64,000 nt of DNA from Gemmatimonadota bacterium (GTDB lineage: Bacteria; Gemmatimonadota; Gemmatimonadetes; Palauibacterales; Palauibacteraceae), in contig OY762926.1 in the NCBI GenBank assembly GCA_963666735.1, forward strand, positions 896,001 through 960,000, in the 5' to 3' direction. Both the position numbers and the translations under genes were made by a program. The notes beneath the pieces were generated by a model. It did not search any database. It was not told the origin of the DNA and was given only the letters and a program-made list of their open reading frames with translations. Of this stretch, positions 27,742 through 39,413 are shown in pieces. Every line of letters starts with the position of its first letter. Position 1 is the first letter of the stretch.

Positions 27742-29229
27742 TCAGTCGATGCCCGTCCGGCCTCGAGCGAAGCGCCGCATGCGGGGCGCCCCGCCGAGGA
27801 ACGAGTAGGCCTCGTATCCCGCGCGTTGCATGACCTCGGCCAGATAGGCCGTTCGCACGCCCTCGGTACAGCAGAGCACGTACGTTGCGCGCCGATCGAG
27901 TTCGCCGAAGTCCCGCTCGAGTTGCGGCAGATCGCGGAGGGTCGCGCCCGGCCAGTGCCAGGCCTCGAACGCGTCGCGGGAGCGGGTATCGAGGATGATC
28001 GCTCCGCCGGGCACCTCGGCCACGTACAGGGACGCTCCGACCATCGACTCCGGACGCAGCACCCGCACATCGTGTACGGTCGCGGCGGCGACCGCCTCGG
28101 CCAGTTCCTCGAAACCCACGGCCGACTCCTGCGTCTCGGCGGCCTCCGGCGACGACGCGGTGACCGGTCGGTGCGGCACGAGGTCGCAGTACTCGCGCAC
28201 GCGGGCGGACAGGTCGTGGGTGCCGATCTCCCGCGCCCGGTCGAGGATCTCCTCCTTGTGGAATCCCAGCAGGGGCCGGAGCACCGGAAGGGAGGAGGCG
28301 TTCTCGATCGCGCGGAGATTGCTGAGCGTCTGCGAGGAGACCTGCCCGACCGACTCGCCCGTGACGATCGCCTCGGCCCCGATCCGCTCCCCGATCTCCG
28401 CAGCCGCCCGATACATCATCCGCTTGAGGACGACCTGGAGGTATGCGGGCTTGGCGCGGGCCCGCATCGCCTCGACGACCGGGCCGAACTCGAGAACATG
28501 CAGCCGGGGCCGCGTCCCGTAGCTCCAGCGGTCCGCCAGCACCTTCGTCACCTCCACGACCATCCGCTCGTACGCGCTCCCTCCGAGATTGCAGAAGACG
28601 TAGTCGAGCCGAATCCCCCGGCGAAGCGCCATCCAGGCGGCGACGGCCGAATCGAAGCCGCCGGAGATGAGGCCGAGCGCGTGCCCCTGGACTCCGAGCG
28701 GCAGGCCCGACGGTCCCGGAATCCTGTCCTCGTGGAAGAAAACCCGGTCATCGCGAACCTCGACGAACACGGTGATGTCCGGATCTCCGAGGTCGACGGT
28801 GGCCCCGGGGTTGAGGGCCGCCCCCAAGCGCTGTTGGATATCCGAGGAGGAAAACCCGTGGGAACCGGAGCGGCGCGCCCGCACCGCATAGCTCCGGCCG
28901 CGCACGGACTCGGCGAAGAGGGCCGTGCCCATGGCGACGATCGTGTCGAGGTCCGCCTCGCACTCGCCGGCCAGCACGGAACAACTGGACACGCCGAAGG
29001 TCCGCAGGAGCGGGTCGAGAAAGGCCGGATTCGGGCCCTCGATGTGGAAGCGGCTCCAGCCGGACGCGAGCACGGCGTCGATCCCCTCGGCAGCGAACGC
29101 GTCGCGCAGGTTGGCCGCGAGCCGATTCTGGAAGCGCGACCGCGTCCGGCGCGCCTTGGTCGAGAGCTCGCCGGAGAACCGTACAAGGGCCCGAACGGGC
29201 CCGGCTCCGAGTTCGTATTGCGCCGCCAT
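27742..29229 (-). CDS. thiI: tRNA 4-thiouridine synthase with C-terminal rhodanese domain
   Basis: GELSTK, THUMP domain, PP-loop ISGGFDS, TGESVGQVSSQT, REYC, and rhodanese-like ILDTR...VLCCTEGVRT. Confidence 0.93.
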   Translation of the reverse strand: MAAQYELGAGPVRALVRFSGELSTKARRTRSRFQNRLAANLRDAFAAEGIDAVLASGWSRFHIEGPNPAFLDPLLRTFGVSSCSVLAGECEADLDTIVAMGTALFAESVRGRSYAVRARRSGSHGFSSSDIQQRLGAALNPGATVDLGDPDITVFVEVRDDRVFFHEDRIPGPSGLPLGVQGHALGLISGGFDSAVAAWMALRRGIRLDYVFCNLGGSAYERMVVEVTKVLADRWSYGTRPRLHVLEFGPVVEAMRARAKPAYLQVVLKRMMYRAAAEIGERIGAEAIVTGESVGQVSSQTLSNLRAIENASSLPVLRPLLGFHKEEILDRAREIGTHDLSARVREYCDLVPHRPVTASSPEAAETQESAVGFEELAEAVAAATVHDVRVLRPESMVGASLYVAEVPGGAIILDTRSRDAFEAWHWPGATLRDLPQLERDFGELDRRATYVLCCTEGVRTAYLAEVMQRAGYEAYSFLGGAPRMRRFARGRTGID

Positions 29230-29235
29230 ATCGAG

Positions 29236-29309
29236 TGGCAGGGGGGGGATTTGAACCCCCGGCCCAGGGCTTATGAGTCCCTTGCTCTACCAGGCTGAGC
29301 TACCCTGCC
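29236..29309 (-). tRNA. tRNA with CAT anticodon, most likely elongator tRNA-Met; CCA not encoded
   Basis: Cloverleaf GGCAGGG-TA-GCTC AGCCTGGTA GAGC-A-AGGGA CTCATAA GCCCT-GGGCC-GGGGG TTCAAAT CCCCC-CCCTGCC-A. G1-C72 is paired; A31.G39 is a mismatch. Confidence 0.93.
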
Positions 29310-29326
29310 ATGCTTGTGGGTCCGCT

Positions 29327-29354
29327 ATCCTACGCGTCGTGGCGCGCGGGGCAA
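29327..29354 (-). promoter_or_regulatory. Candidate promoter for tRNA-thiI-uppS operon
   Basis: TTGCCC (29354-29349), 16 nt spacer, TAGGAT (29332-29327). Confidence 0.55.
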
Positions 29355-29391
29355 GCCGCCCGCCCGACGCATCCGACCGGCACGACTCTAG

Positions 29392-31036
29392 GAGCTTGCG
29401 CGGTAGAACGGTCGCGAAGGGCGGCGGATCCCGGGAAGCGCGGCCGCCCGGAGGCTGAGGGGCGCCGGTTGTCGGCGGGAGCCGCCGTCGCGCGGGCGAA
29501 GCCGCCGCGCCGGCGCCGTTTCCGGGTGGATCCGGCCGCGTTTCGGGCCCCGGAGGCCCTCCGGCGCGAAGATTTCGCCCCTCACGCGGCCCGAAGGACG
29601 TGGAGGCGCCGCGCGTTGAGCGCCAGACACACCAGATCCCACTCGCCGCGCACGTTCTCCAAGCCCCTGAGGCTGAACCTCCTGAACCCCATCGCCTCCT
29701 TGACCCACCCGATGGGCGCTTCGGCGATCCACTTGCGCTTGGCATACACCGCCCGGCCCTGGGGAGTCTCCAGCTTCTTCGCCATGCGCGCCGTCGCCGG
29801 GAGCTTCTTCGGGTCGGGCTTGCCGGCCCCCTTGCCCTCCCGGCCCAGCGCCACGTAGCCGTCGATCCCCCGCGCATCCAGAGCCGCCAGATCCTCCTCG
29901 TTCGAGTAGCCCGCGTCGGCCAGCACCTCGCCCGGCGTCTCCCCCAACCGCCCGGACACCTCGTCCACCCGCTCCACCAGCTGCCCCTGGTCGCTCGCGT
30001 TGTCGGTCACCTCCGCCCCCAGCACCAGCTGGCTCTCGCCGTCGACCACCGCCTGCGCGTTGTAGCACTGCTGGTAGCCCTCCGTGCTCGTCCGCATGAT
30101 CCGGCTCTCCGGATCCGTGAAGTTCGTCTGCGAGTCCGCCTCCGGCTCCCCGTAGGCCAGCTTGTACGGCGACCCCCCCTTCGGGTTGCGGTCCCACTCC
30201 GGCTCCCGGCCCCGCGCGTCGTCGCGCTCCCGCGCCTCCGCCTCCAGACGAGCCCGCGCCGCCCGGATCGCCGCCAGCCGGTCCTCCCGCCGCTTCAGCT
30301 CCTCCGGCAGCTCGTCGCCCCGAACGTCCTCCCCGTGCCGCTCGTCCTCCTCCGCGTCGGCCGCCTCCGCACGCGCCAGCAACTCCGCGATCTCCGCCTC
30401 CAGGCGCGCCTCCTCCGGACCCATCCGCCCGTAGCTCATCGCCTTCCGCTTGCTCGCGTTCGCCCGAACCTTCGTCCCGTCCACCGCCACCCGGCCCAGC
30501 CCCGCCAGACCCAGCTCCCGCGCCAGAAGCACCGCCTCGGCGAACAACGCACCGAACGCCCTCAGGTTCTTCTTCCGGAACTCGCACAGCGTCCGGTGCG
30601 CCGGAAAGTTCCCCGCCGCCAGCATCCTGAGCGGCACGTCCTCCTCCAGCTTCCGCGCCAGCTTCCGAGACGAGAACACCCCCGTCGCGTAACCGTACAG
30701 CAGAACCTTCACCATCATCCGCGGATCGTACGGGCTCCGACGGCGTCCGTCCCCCTCGTACCGCGCGTAGAACGCCGACAGGTCCAGCGCGTCCACCAGA
30801 TCGCTCACGTGGTGCGCCAGATGCCCCGCCGGCACCCACTCGCGAAGATCCTGCGGCAGCAGCAACCGCTGGTCCGGATCGTACGGGCGGAACCTCGTCC
30901 GCATCCTCTCCGGATCGTACGGTAGAGACCTCGCACTCATCGCCAACTCCCCGCGCCGAACTTGAACCCGTCACAGCACGCCATCACCATAACCACCCGA
31001 AACGCGCCGCACCATCGGTTTCTACGGCGCAGGCTC
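29392..31036 (-). mobile_element. IS1182-family insertion sequence, copy 2 (1645 bp, inverted relative to copy 1)
   Basis: Same IRs, with CTAG at 29388-29391 and 31037-31040. The one difference I noticed from copy 1 is a synonymous CAA/CAG (14575 vs 29759). Confidence 0.93.
29582..30904 (-). CDS. IS1182-family DDE transposase
   Basis: Protein identical to the copy 1 transposase in the ORF track. Confidence 0.92.
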   Translation of the reverse strand: MRTRFRPYDPDQRLLLPQDLREWVPAGHLAHHVSDLVDALDLSAFYARYEGDGRRRSPYDPRMMVKVLLYGYATGVFSSRKLARKLEEDVPLRMLAAGNFPAHRTLCEFRKKNLRAFGALFAEAVLLARELGLAGLGRVAVDGTKVRANASKRKAMSYGRMGPEEARLEAEIAELLARAEAADAEEDERHGEDVRGDELPEELKRREDRLAAIRAARARLEAEARERDDARGREPEWDRNPKGGSPYKLAYGEPEADSQTNFTDPESRIMRTSTEGYQQCYNAQAVVDGESQLVLGAEVTDNASDQGQLVERVDEVSGRLGETPGEVLADAGYSNEEDLAALDARGIDGYVALGREGKGAGKPDPKKLPATARMAKKLETPQGRAVYAKRKWIAEAPIGWVKEAMGFRRFSLRGLENVRGEWDLVCLALNARRLHVLRAA

Positions 31037-32823
<1,787 letters not shown>

Positions 32824-33555
32824 CTACCTGGACGCGCCGCCGTCGGATCGCCCCTCCGGGAGCATCGCCTCGATCGCGGCGCGGGTCTTGCGCATCAACG
32901 TCCTCCGGTCGGCCGGCTCCGCTCCCTCCGGTCGAATCGCCGGTCCCAACCGCACCGTGATCGAACCGCGCCTCACGCGCTTCGCCCCGGGCGGATAGAC
33001 GTGTCGGCCGCCATCGATCGCCGCGGGAACCAGGGGCGCCGGCGTCTCCAGGGCGAGGGCGAAGGAACCTCGCAGGAAACGCCCCAGTTGGCCGTCACGC
33101 GACCGGGTCCCCTCCGGAAACAGCACGAGAGTCAACCGCTCGGCCCCCATGCGGTGGCTTGCCTCCCGAAGCGTTTCCCTCGCGCTGCGGGCCCGGTCGC
33201 GGTCGATGAGCACATGCCCCGCGGAACGCATCCCCACCGAGAGCATCGGAATGTTCGCCAGCTCCTGCTTCGCGATGAAGCGCACGGACACGGGGAGGCC
33301 CGCGATGAGCGCCCAGATGTCGAAATACGACTGGTGGTTCGCGGCGATGACCTGGGTCCCCGACGGGTGGAGATGCTCGAGGCCGTGGACCGTGACGCGC
33401 ACACCCGCGGCCGCAAGCACGGAGCGGGCCCAGCCGCGGTTGGCCCGATCCATCCAGGCCCGGCCGCCGCCGACGAGGGCCGCGACGGCCGCCAGGGCCC
33501 CGAAGAAGATGGTTGAGAGCACGAGCGTGACGTAGAAGAGCGCCGTCCTGATCAA
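32824..33555 (-). CDS. plsC: 1-acyl-sn-glycerol-3-phosphate acyltransferase
   Basis: NHQSYFD, FIAKQEL and FPEGTRS. TTG start overlaps the thiL stop. Confidence 0.92.
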   Translation of the reverse strand: MIRTALFYVTLVLSTIFFGALAAVAALVGGGRAWMDRANRGWARSVLAAAGVRVTVHGLEHLHPSGTQVIAANHQSYFDIWALIAGLPVSVRFIAKQELANIPMLSVGMRSAGHVLIDRDRARSARETLREASHRMGAERLTLVLFPEGTRSRDGQLGRFLRGSFALALETPAPLVPAAIDGGRHVYPPGAKRVRRGSITVRLGPAIRPEGAEPADRRTLMRKTRAAIEAMLPEGRSDGGASR

Positions 33556-34565
33556 CGCCCGACCTCGAAATGGTCGAACCCGGCCGGGAGCCCCGGATCC
33601 GACCGTCCGGTCACGGTCAGCCCCCGCCCCTCGCGCGCGCTCCCGACGCGTGTGAGCGGGAGATGGAACGCCTCGGCGAATGCCCGCTCCGTCCCTTGCA
33701 TGGCGCCGGCCGGAACGGCGAAGAGCAGTTCGTAGTCCTCGCCGCCGGCAAGGAGGAGGTGTTCCCCGGCCGGCGCCTGACGAAAGCCATCGAGAGCGGG
33801 AGCGGGCGGGAGGCGATCCGCCTCGATTTCGAGAGCGACTCGGGAAGCCGCCGCAAGATGTTGCGCATCCCGCGTCACGCCATCCGAAAGGTCGATCGCC
33901 GCGTGGATCCGGACTCGGTCCCGGAGCCACAGCGCCTCCGCGATCCTGGGGCTCGGGCGTTCGAACGCCCGACGAGCTCCGGGATCCGGCTCCAGCCCCC
34001 GCTCCAGGTCGCGCAGGGCGGCCGCGGCCGCGCCGAGTTCGCCGGTCACCCACAACTCGTCACCCGGACGCACCCCGCGCCGCATTGCGGGGGCCGTCGC
34101 GTGACCGAGCACGGTGACGTCGAGAAAAGCGGGACCCGGCGACGCGACGAGATCTCCGCCGAGGACCTCCGCGCCGGCCCGCCCGGCGATCTCTCCCACG
34201 CCCCGTCCCAGGGCCGCGGCGATCTCGACGTCCAGTTCGGGAGGCAGGGCCGCCGCCACGACCAGGCCGACGGGGGTCGCGGCCATGGCCGCGAGGTCGC
34301 TCAGCGCCGCCGCGGCCGCACGGTACCCGATCGTTTCCCACGTCATCCATTCGCGGCGAAAGTGAACCCCCTCCACGCTCGCGTCGCAGCTCACCACGAC
34401 CTGCGCGCCATCCGGAGGACGAAAGGCCGCGGCATCATCCCCGACCGGCAACGTGACGGTGGCCGCCGGGTCCGCACGGCCGCCCGTCGCGCCCGCTCCG
34501 CCCAGGAACGCCCGAATACGCGCCGTTTCCGGCCCTTCCGCGAGCGCCGGACCGCTGAAGTTCAC
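33552..34565 (-). CDS. thiL: Thiamine-phosphate kinase
   Basis: GDDAA, VEGVHF, LSDLAAMAA, GGD, IDLSDG and GGEDYELLF. Confidence 0.95.
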   Translation of the reverse strand: MNFSGPALAEGPETARIRAFLGGAGATGGRADPAATVTLPVGDDAAAFRPPDGAQVVVSCDASVEGVHFRREWMTWETIGYRAAAAALSDLAAMAATPVGLVVAAALPPELDVEIAAALGRGVGEIAGRAGAEVLGGDLVASPGPAFLDVTVLGHATAPAMRRGVRPGDELWVTGELGAAAAALRDLERGLEPDPGARRAFERPSPRIAEALWLRDRVRIHAAIDLSDGVTRDAQHLAAASRVALEIEADRLPPAPALDGFRQAPAGEHLLLAGGEDYELLFAVPAGAMQGTERAFAEAFHLPLTRVGSAREGRGLTVTGRSDPGLPAGFDHFEVGR

Positions 34566-36127
34566 CCGGCGCGGGCCCCGGTTGCGGCGGCCGGCACCGC
34601 CGGGAGGGCGAGGTTGACGCCCGCCCAGGTTCCGGACCGCAGGCTTCCCAGCGCCCGACGCGCATCCGGCAGCGCGTCCGGCACGTCCGCCGGGGACCCG
34701 CCGATCTCGTCCACGCCGCGCAGAACGGCGAGAGCCGTGAGCGTCAGGGCGGCGGACGCGGCGTCGGCGGGGCGGAGGCCGGACGCCAGGCAGGCGCCGC
34801 AGACGCCGGTCAGCACGTCGCCCATGCCGCCGCTCGCGAACGCCGGGCTCACGAGCGTGGTCGCGCGCAGTTCACCTCCCGGCCGCGCCACCCAGGCCGG
34901 GGCGCCCTTGAGCAGGACGGTCGCCCGCGTCGCATCGGCCAGCCGCCGGGCCGCGGCCGGGGCATCCTCGCGGACTTCGCCGATGGACGTGCCGAGCAAC
35001 CGGGCCATCTCGCCGGGATGCGGCGTCAGGAGGAGGGGGCGGCCCGGAGCCGGTGGGCCCAGCGGCGCGGCGGCCTCCGCTGCTTCCGCTGTCGCTGCTT
35101 CCGCCGAGAGTACGTTCAGGGCGTCCGCATCGAGGACCAGCGGGACGGGCGCGCCCTCCAGCACGCGCCGCACCAGTCTTGCCCGCTCCGGTGCCGTTCC
35201 CAGGCCAGGTCCCACCGCGAGCGCGCCCGCCCAGTCCAACGCCGACTGCACCGCCTCGGGCGCGGACCAGTCCACGAAGACGGCCTCGGGCACGCTGGCC
35301 TGCACGATCTCCCGGTTCTCCGGGGCACTCACGACGCGGACGATGCCGACCCCCGCCCGGATCGCGGCGCGGGCCGCAAGCACCACGGCGCCGGCCATGC
35401 CCCGCTCTCCTCCGACGATCGCGAGATAGCCCGCGTCGCCCTTGTGGCCATCGGCGGGCCGCACCCCGAGCATGCTGGCCACCCATGCCGCCGTCATCGC
35501 CCGGGCCGACGGCGGCGGGTCCGGCGGCGGAAAGCCGATCTCCACCGAAACGAGGTCGCCGATGCGCTCGCGGGCCGGGAAACTCAGAAGGCCGGTCTTC
35601 GGCCACCCGAAAGTGACGGTGAGGTCGGCCCGAATCGCTGCGCCCGGCACGCGGCCCGTCGCAAAGTCCACCCCGCTGGGACCATCGGCGGAGACCACGG
35701 CAACTCCGGCGGCGTTCACGCGGTCGATCACCCTCGCCTGAAGCGGGCGGGGCGCCGTCGTCAGGCCCGTCCCCAGAATGCCGTCGATGACAGTATCGGC
35801 CACGGCGAGTTCCCGGCCCAGCGCTTCCGTCGGCTCGAGCGTCAGTCCCCAGCCCGCGAGAACGTCCGGATCCGGGGCTCGGCTTCCGCACTGGACGAAC
35901 CCGACGGATCGCCCCCAGGCGGAAAGGGTCCGTCCCGCGACCAGGGCGTCGGCGCCGTTGTGGCCGCTTCCCGCGAGCACCGCGACCCGGCCGGCCGGGA
36001 ACCGTTCATGCACATGGCGTGCCAGGGCCCGACCCGCGTTCTCGATCAGCGCGCGTTCGGGTATCGCCCCCGATTCGACGGCGACGCGGTCGATCTCCGC
36101 CATCTCGGCTGCGGTGGGTAGCCACAC
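34562..36127 (-). CDS. nnr: Bifunctional NAD(P)H-hydrate epimerase/dehydratase
   Basis: LIENAG, GSGHNGAD, DGILGTG, DGPSG, HKG, GPGLG, LDADAL, TPHPGE and GGMGDVL. Start uncertain. Confidence 0.93.
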   Translation of the reverse strand: MWLPTAAEMAEIDRVAVESGAIPERALIENAGRALARHVHERFPAGRVAVLAGSGHNGADALVAGRTLSAWGRSVGFVQCGSRAPDPDVLAGWGLTLEPTEALGRELAVADTVIDGILGTGLTTAPRPLQARVIDRVNAAGVAVVSADGPSGVDFATGRVPGAAIRADLTVTFGWPKTGLLSFPARERIGDLVSVEIGFPPPDPPPSARAMTAAWVASMLGVRPADGHKGDAGYLAIVGGERGMAGAVVLAARAAIRAGVGIVRVVSAPENREIVQASVPEAVFVDWSAPEAVQSALDWAGALAVGPGLGTAPERARLVRRVLEGAPVPLVLDADALNVLSAEAATAEAAEAAAPLGPPAPGRPLLLTPHPGEMARLLGTSIGEVREDAPAAARRLADATRATVLLKGAPAWVARPGGELRATTLVSPAFASGGMGDVLTGVCGACLASGLRPADAASAALTLTALAVLRGVDEIGGSPADVPDALPDARRALGSLRSGTWAGVNLALPAVPAAATGARAG

Positions 36128-36224
36128 CTCCCGCGCGGCACAGCGCCACCAGTCCGATGACGGGAAGACGGGAACCCGGCCGGCGGGGCGCCGCGCTGCA
36201 TCGGCGGAGTCTCCGCCGGGGAAG

Positions 36225-36422
36225 TTACTTGTAGGACTGCTGGACGTTGCGTCCGAAGCTGATCTCACCGTTGTCGATCCGGATGTTGAACCCGCAGTCG
36301 GGCTTCGAGCAGACCCATGCCTTGTACCGGATCGGCGCCCCGTCGCGTCCGTAGTCCGACAGCGGGAGCAGAACCCCCTTCGTGCAACTCAAGCACTCCG
36401 TAAACGACCCCGAATCGGCCAC
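36225..36422 (-). CDS. Small hypothetical protein with four Cys (probable Zn ribbon)
   Basis: CLSC...CSKPDC. GGGAGGGG RBS and strongly coding-like codons. Fills the intergenic gap. Confidence 0.75.
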   Translation of the reverse strand: MADSGSFTECLSCTKGVLLPLSDYGRDGAPIRYKAWVCSKPDCGFNIRIDNGEISFGRNVQQSYK

Positions 36423-36452
36423 GCGCTCACCCCTCCCGTTCCAGTTCCTCCC

Positions 36453-36815
36453 CTACGCGCTCCAGGGGTAGCTGTCCTCAAAAGCTTCGTCGAAGCTGAA
36501 GAGCCCCTCGAAGTCCTCTCTCGAATCGTCGGGTTGTTTGATCAGCACTCCACATTCAACCAGCGCGAAGACGATCTCGCCGATGTCCGTCGTGCCGTGC
36601 ACACCCCAATGCTCGAGTACGGTCCTCGCCAGAGGGCCGAACCGCTCCAGCGCGAGTTCCCGGACGGCGTCGGCGACTTCGGCGCCGCTGATGTGACGAG
36701 GCAGCTCGAGGCTGGACAACCGGCGCTGGAGGGCGGAGAGCAGGAACAGGTATGCGGCTTCGGTATACCTGGGGTTGCCCTTCCTGATGCCCGTCAGAAC
36801 GCCCGCTGTGTCCAC
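36453..36815 (-). CDS. Minf_1886-like family protein
   Basis: PRY..AAY.F...AL...RHISGAE...A..RFGPLA.TVL.HWGV..T.DIGEIVF.LVE.G......DS.EDF pattern. GAGG RBS. Confidence 0.75.
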   Translation of the reverse strand: MDTAGVLTGIRKGNPRYTEAAYLFLLSALQRRLSSLELPRHISGAEVADAVRELALERFGPLARTVLEHWGVHGTTDIGEIVFALVECGVLIKQPDDSREDFEGLFSFDEAFEDSYPWSA

Positions 36816-36885
36816 CTCTTCCCACCTCGTCCCAGGTCCCTTTCCCCGGCCGTAATGCGCACTGCCCGCAAGGACATGAACGGCA

Positions 36886-36915
36886 AAGTTAGACGGGGGA
36901 AAAAGTTTGCGTCAA
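36886..36915 (-). promoter_or_regulatory. Sigma70-type promoter for the Minf_1886-like/Zn-ribbon/nnr cluster
   Basis: TTGACG (36915-36910), 18 nt spacer, TAACTT (36891-36886). Confidence 0.65.
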
Positions 36916-36939
36916 GCTACGCCCTCGCGGCGGGCGCCC

Positions 36940-38223
36940 TCATTCTCCCGGATAGAGCGGAAAATCCGCGCACAGCGCCCGGACCTCGGAGTCCACCGCC
37001 GCAAGGATCGCATCATCGCCTTCCGAGCGCAGCGCGCGGTCCACGAGATCGGCGATTCGCTGCATTTCGCTCTCGCCCATGGATCGGGTCGACAGCGCCG
37101 CCGTCCCGATCCTTATGCCGGACGCCACGAAGGGCGAACGGGTCTCGAACGGCACGGTATTCTTGTTGACCGTGATGCCCGCCCGACCCAGGAGAGCCTC
37201 CGCATCCCTGCCCGTGAGATCCGTCGTCCGGAGGTCCACGAGGAGCAGGTGCGTATCCGTCCCGCCGGCCACGAGATCGTAGCCGTGTTCGGCGAGCCGC
37301 CGTCCCAGGGCGCGGGCGTTGCGCACGACGAGATCCGAATACTCGCCGAACTCCGGGCGCAGAGCCTCTCCGAGCGTGACCGCCTTCGCGGCGATCACAT
37401 GCATCAGGGGACCGCCCTGGAGTCCGGGGAACACGGCCTTGTCGACCGCCTTCGCGTGCTCCTCCCGGCACAGAATGAGCCCTCCCCGCGGCCCGCGCAG
37501 CGTCTTGTGCGTCGTCGTCGTCACGACATCCGCGTGCGGTACCGGGGACGGGTGGTGCCCGGTCGCCACGAGACCGGCGATGTGCGCCATGTCCACGAGG
37601 ACGCGGGCACCGCATTCCGCGGCGATCTTCGCGAAGCGCTCGAAGTCGATCCGGCGGGGGTAGGCGCTGGCCCCCGCGATGATGACGGAGGGACGCACGT
37701 CCAGCGCCGTCGCCCGGAGAGCATCGTAATCGATCGTCCGGTCCGAGGCTCGCACCCCGTAGGGGACGACGCGGTACCAGAAACCCGAGAAGTTGACGTG
37801 CGAGCCGTGGGTCAGGTGCCCTCCGTGCGAGAGGTCCATCCCGAGGAGCGTGGCCCCGGGTTCGGTGAGCGCCTGGAGCGCGGTCATGTTCGCGCCGGAG
37901 CCGCTGTGCGCCTGGACATTGCTGTGGTCCGCCCCGAACAGCCGGCCCGCGCGCTCACGGGCGAGGTTCTCGACCTCGTCCACGAACTCGCAACCTCCGT
38001 AGTAGCGGCGCCCCGGATAGCCTTCCGCGTACTTGTTCGTCATCACGCAGCCGGTCGCCTCGAGGACCCCCCGGGACACGAAGTTCTCGCTCGCGATCAG
38101 CTCGAGACCCGTACGCTGTCTCTCGAGCTCCCGTTCGATCGAAGCCGCCACCGCGGGATCCGTCTCGCGGAGCGGGCGCGGGTCCAGGGCGCCGATGGCT
38201 CTGCCTTCCGCCGTCGCACTCAC
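36940..38223 (-). CDS. glyA: Serine hydroxymethyltransferase
   Basis: [30 protein letters not shown] and [13 protein letters not shown]. Start trimmed to GTG 38223. Confidence 0.98.
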   Translation of the reverse strand: MSATAEGRAIGALDPRPLRETDPAVAASIERELERQRTGLELIASENFVSRGVLEATGCVMTNKYAEGYPGRRYYGGCEFVDEVENLARERAGRLFGADHSNVQAHSGSGANMTALQALTEPGATLLGMDLSHGGHLTHGSHVNFSGFWYRVVPYGVRASDRTIDYDALRATALDVRPSVIIAGASAYPRRIDFERFAKIAAECGARVLVDMAHIAGLVATGHHPSPVPHADVVTTTTHKTLRGPRGGLILCREEHAKAVDKAVFPGLQGGPLMHVIAAKAVTLGEALRPEFGEYSDLVVRNARALGRRLAEHGYDLVAGGTDTHLLLVDLRTTDLTGRDAEALLGRAGITVNKNTVPFETRSPFVASGIRIGTAALSTRSMGESEMQRIADLVDRALRSEGDDAILAAVDSEVRALCADFPLYPGE

Positions 38224-39413
38224 ACGTATCCCCTCTCTCTGTAGAGTTGTCGCGCGATCAGGCTGCGGTGCATCTCGTTGGCTCCCTCGTAGATCTCGGT
38301 GACCTTCGCGTCCCGGAACAGACGTTCCACGGGATATTCCCGCGAGTATCCGTAGCCCCCGAACACCTGCACGGCCTCGCGGGCGTTCATCATCGCGGTC
38401 TCGCTCGCGAAAAGCTTGGCCACGCTGGAGAGGCGGCGCGCCCGCGGGTCTCCCAGCGTGTGCGCGGCGGCCGCACGTTCGAGCAGTCCCCGCGCAGCCT
38501 CGAGCCGGGTCACCATGTCGCCGAGCTTGAATTCCATCCCCTGGAACTCCCGCAGCGAACGGTCGAACTGGCGCCGCGTATCCGCATATTCGAACGCCGC
38601 GTCCACCGCGGCCGATGCGATGCCGAGCGCCTGGGCCGCGATCCCGAGCCGGCCCGCCTCGAGGCCTTCGAGCGCATAGCTGAAGCCCCGGTTTACCTCT
38701 CCCACCATAAGTTCTTGCGGCAGAAATACATCCCTCAGAGACAAAGCGACCGTCTCCGATCCTCGCTGTCCCATCTTTCTCTCTTTCCTGCCGACCGACA
38801 ATCCGTCCGTCCCGGCCGGCAGGAGGAAGGCGCTGATGCCGCGCGGTCCACGCCGGTCCTCCGCCGTGTCCGTCCTGACGAACATCAGCACCACATCCGC
38901 GGACGCGCCGTTCGTGACCCACATCTTCTCGCCGTTGAGAATCCAGCCGCCTTCCGTGGGCACGGCCTGCGTCCGAAGCGCCGAGGCATCCGTGCCGGCG
39001 CCGGCTTCGGAGAGAGAAAAGGCGCCGAGCACCTGTCCGCTGGCCATCCGGGGGAGCCACTTGTCCCGCTGTGCCTCGCTGCCCCGGCGGAGGAGAATCG
39101 AGGCGGGGAGCGAGTTGTGGATGCTGACGGAGACCGCGACCCCCGCATCTCCCCACGCGAGTTCCTCCAGCACGTAGAGGTACGTGACGAGATCGAGGCC
39201 CAGACCATCGTACCGTTCCGGCACCCGCATGGCGAGGAAGCCGAGTTCGCCCAGTTCACGGTGGATCTCCACATCGAAACGATCCTCGTTCGCGTCCCGG
39301 GCTTCCGCCGTGGGCCGCAGCCGCTCTTCGGCGAACTGGCGCGCGAGCGTGAGAATCTGCTCCGCCTCGGACGAGAGTTCGAGCGCAGACCAGGAGCGGC
39401 GACCGGTCATCAT
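38220..39413 (-). CDS. Acyl-CoA dehydrogenase (butyryl-CoA/short-chain type)
   Basis: [31 protein letters not shown] and [11 protein letters not shown]. Confidence 0.95.
   Translation of the reverse strand: MMTGRRSWSALELSSEAEQILTLARQFAEERLRPTAEARDANEDRFDVEIHRELGELGFLAMRVPERYDGLGLDLVTYLYVLEELAWGDAGVAVSVSIHNSLPASILLRRGSEAQRDKWLPRMASGQVLGAFSLSEAGAGTDASALRTQAVPTEGGWILNGEKMWVTNGASADVVLMFVRTDTAEDRRGPRGISAFLLPAGTDGLSVGRKERKMGQRGSETVALSLRDVFLPQELMVGEVNRGFSYALEGLEAGRLGIAAQALGIASAAVDAAFEYADTRRQFDRSLREFQGMEFKLGDMVTRLEAARGLLERAAAAHTLGDPRARRLSSVAKLFASETAMMNAREAVQVFGGYGYSREYPVERLFRDAKVTEIYEGANEMHRSLIARQLYRERGYV

Noticed and set aside
29236..29309. Initiator tRNA-fMet or tRNA-Ile2 assignment; A31.G39 mismatch as a defect
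   Set aside because: G1-C72 is paired, which argues against an initiator. The GGC acceptor start with A73 fits elongator Met better, though Ile2 is not fully excluded. The rest of the cloverleaf is intact.
29236..29391. tRNA as an integration site for an island
   Set aside because: No integrase and no duplicated tRNA 3' end were seen. The IS lies upstream of the tRNA promoter.
13298..31036. Composite transposon carrying cargo
   Set aside because: The enclosed genes are core housekeeping genes and each IS has its own CTAG flanks, so independent insertions are simpler.
36128..36224. Out-of-frame ATG with GGAG upstream of nnr, suggesting a frameshift
   Set aside because: An in-frame GTG at 36127 gives a normal Nnr N-terminus. 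A frameshift cannot be supported without homolog alignment.
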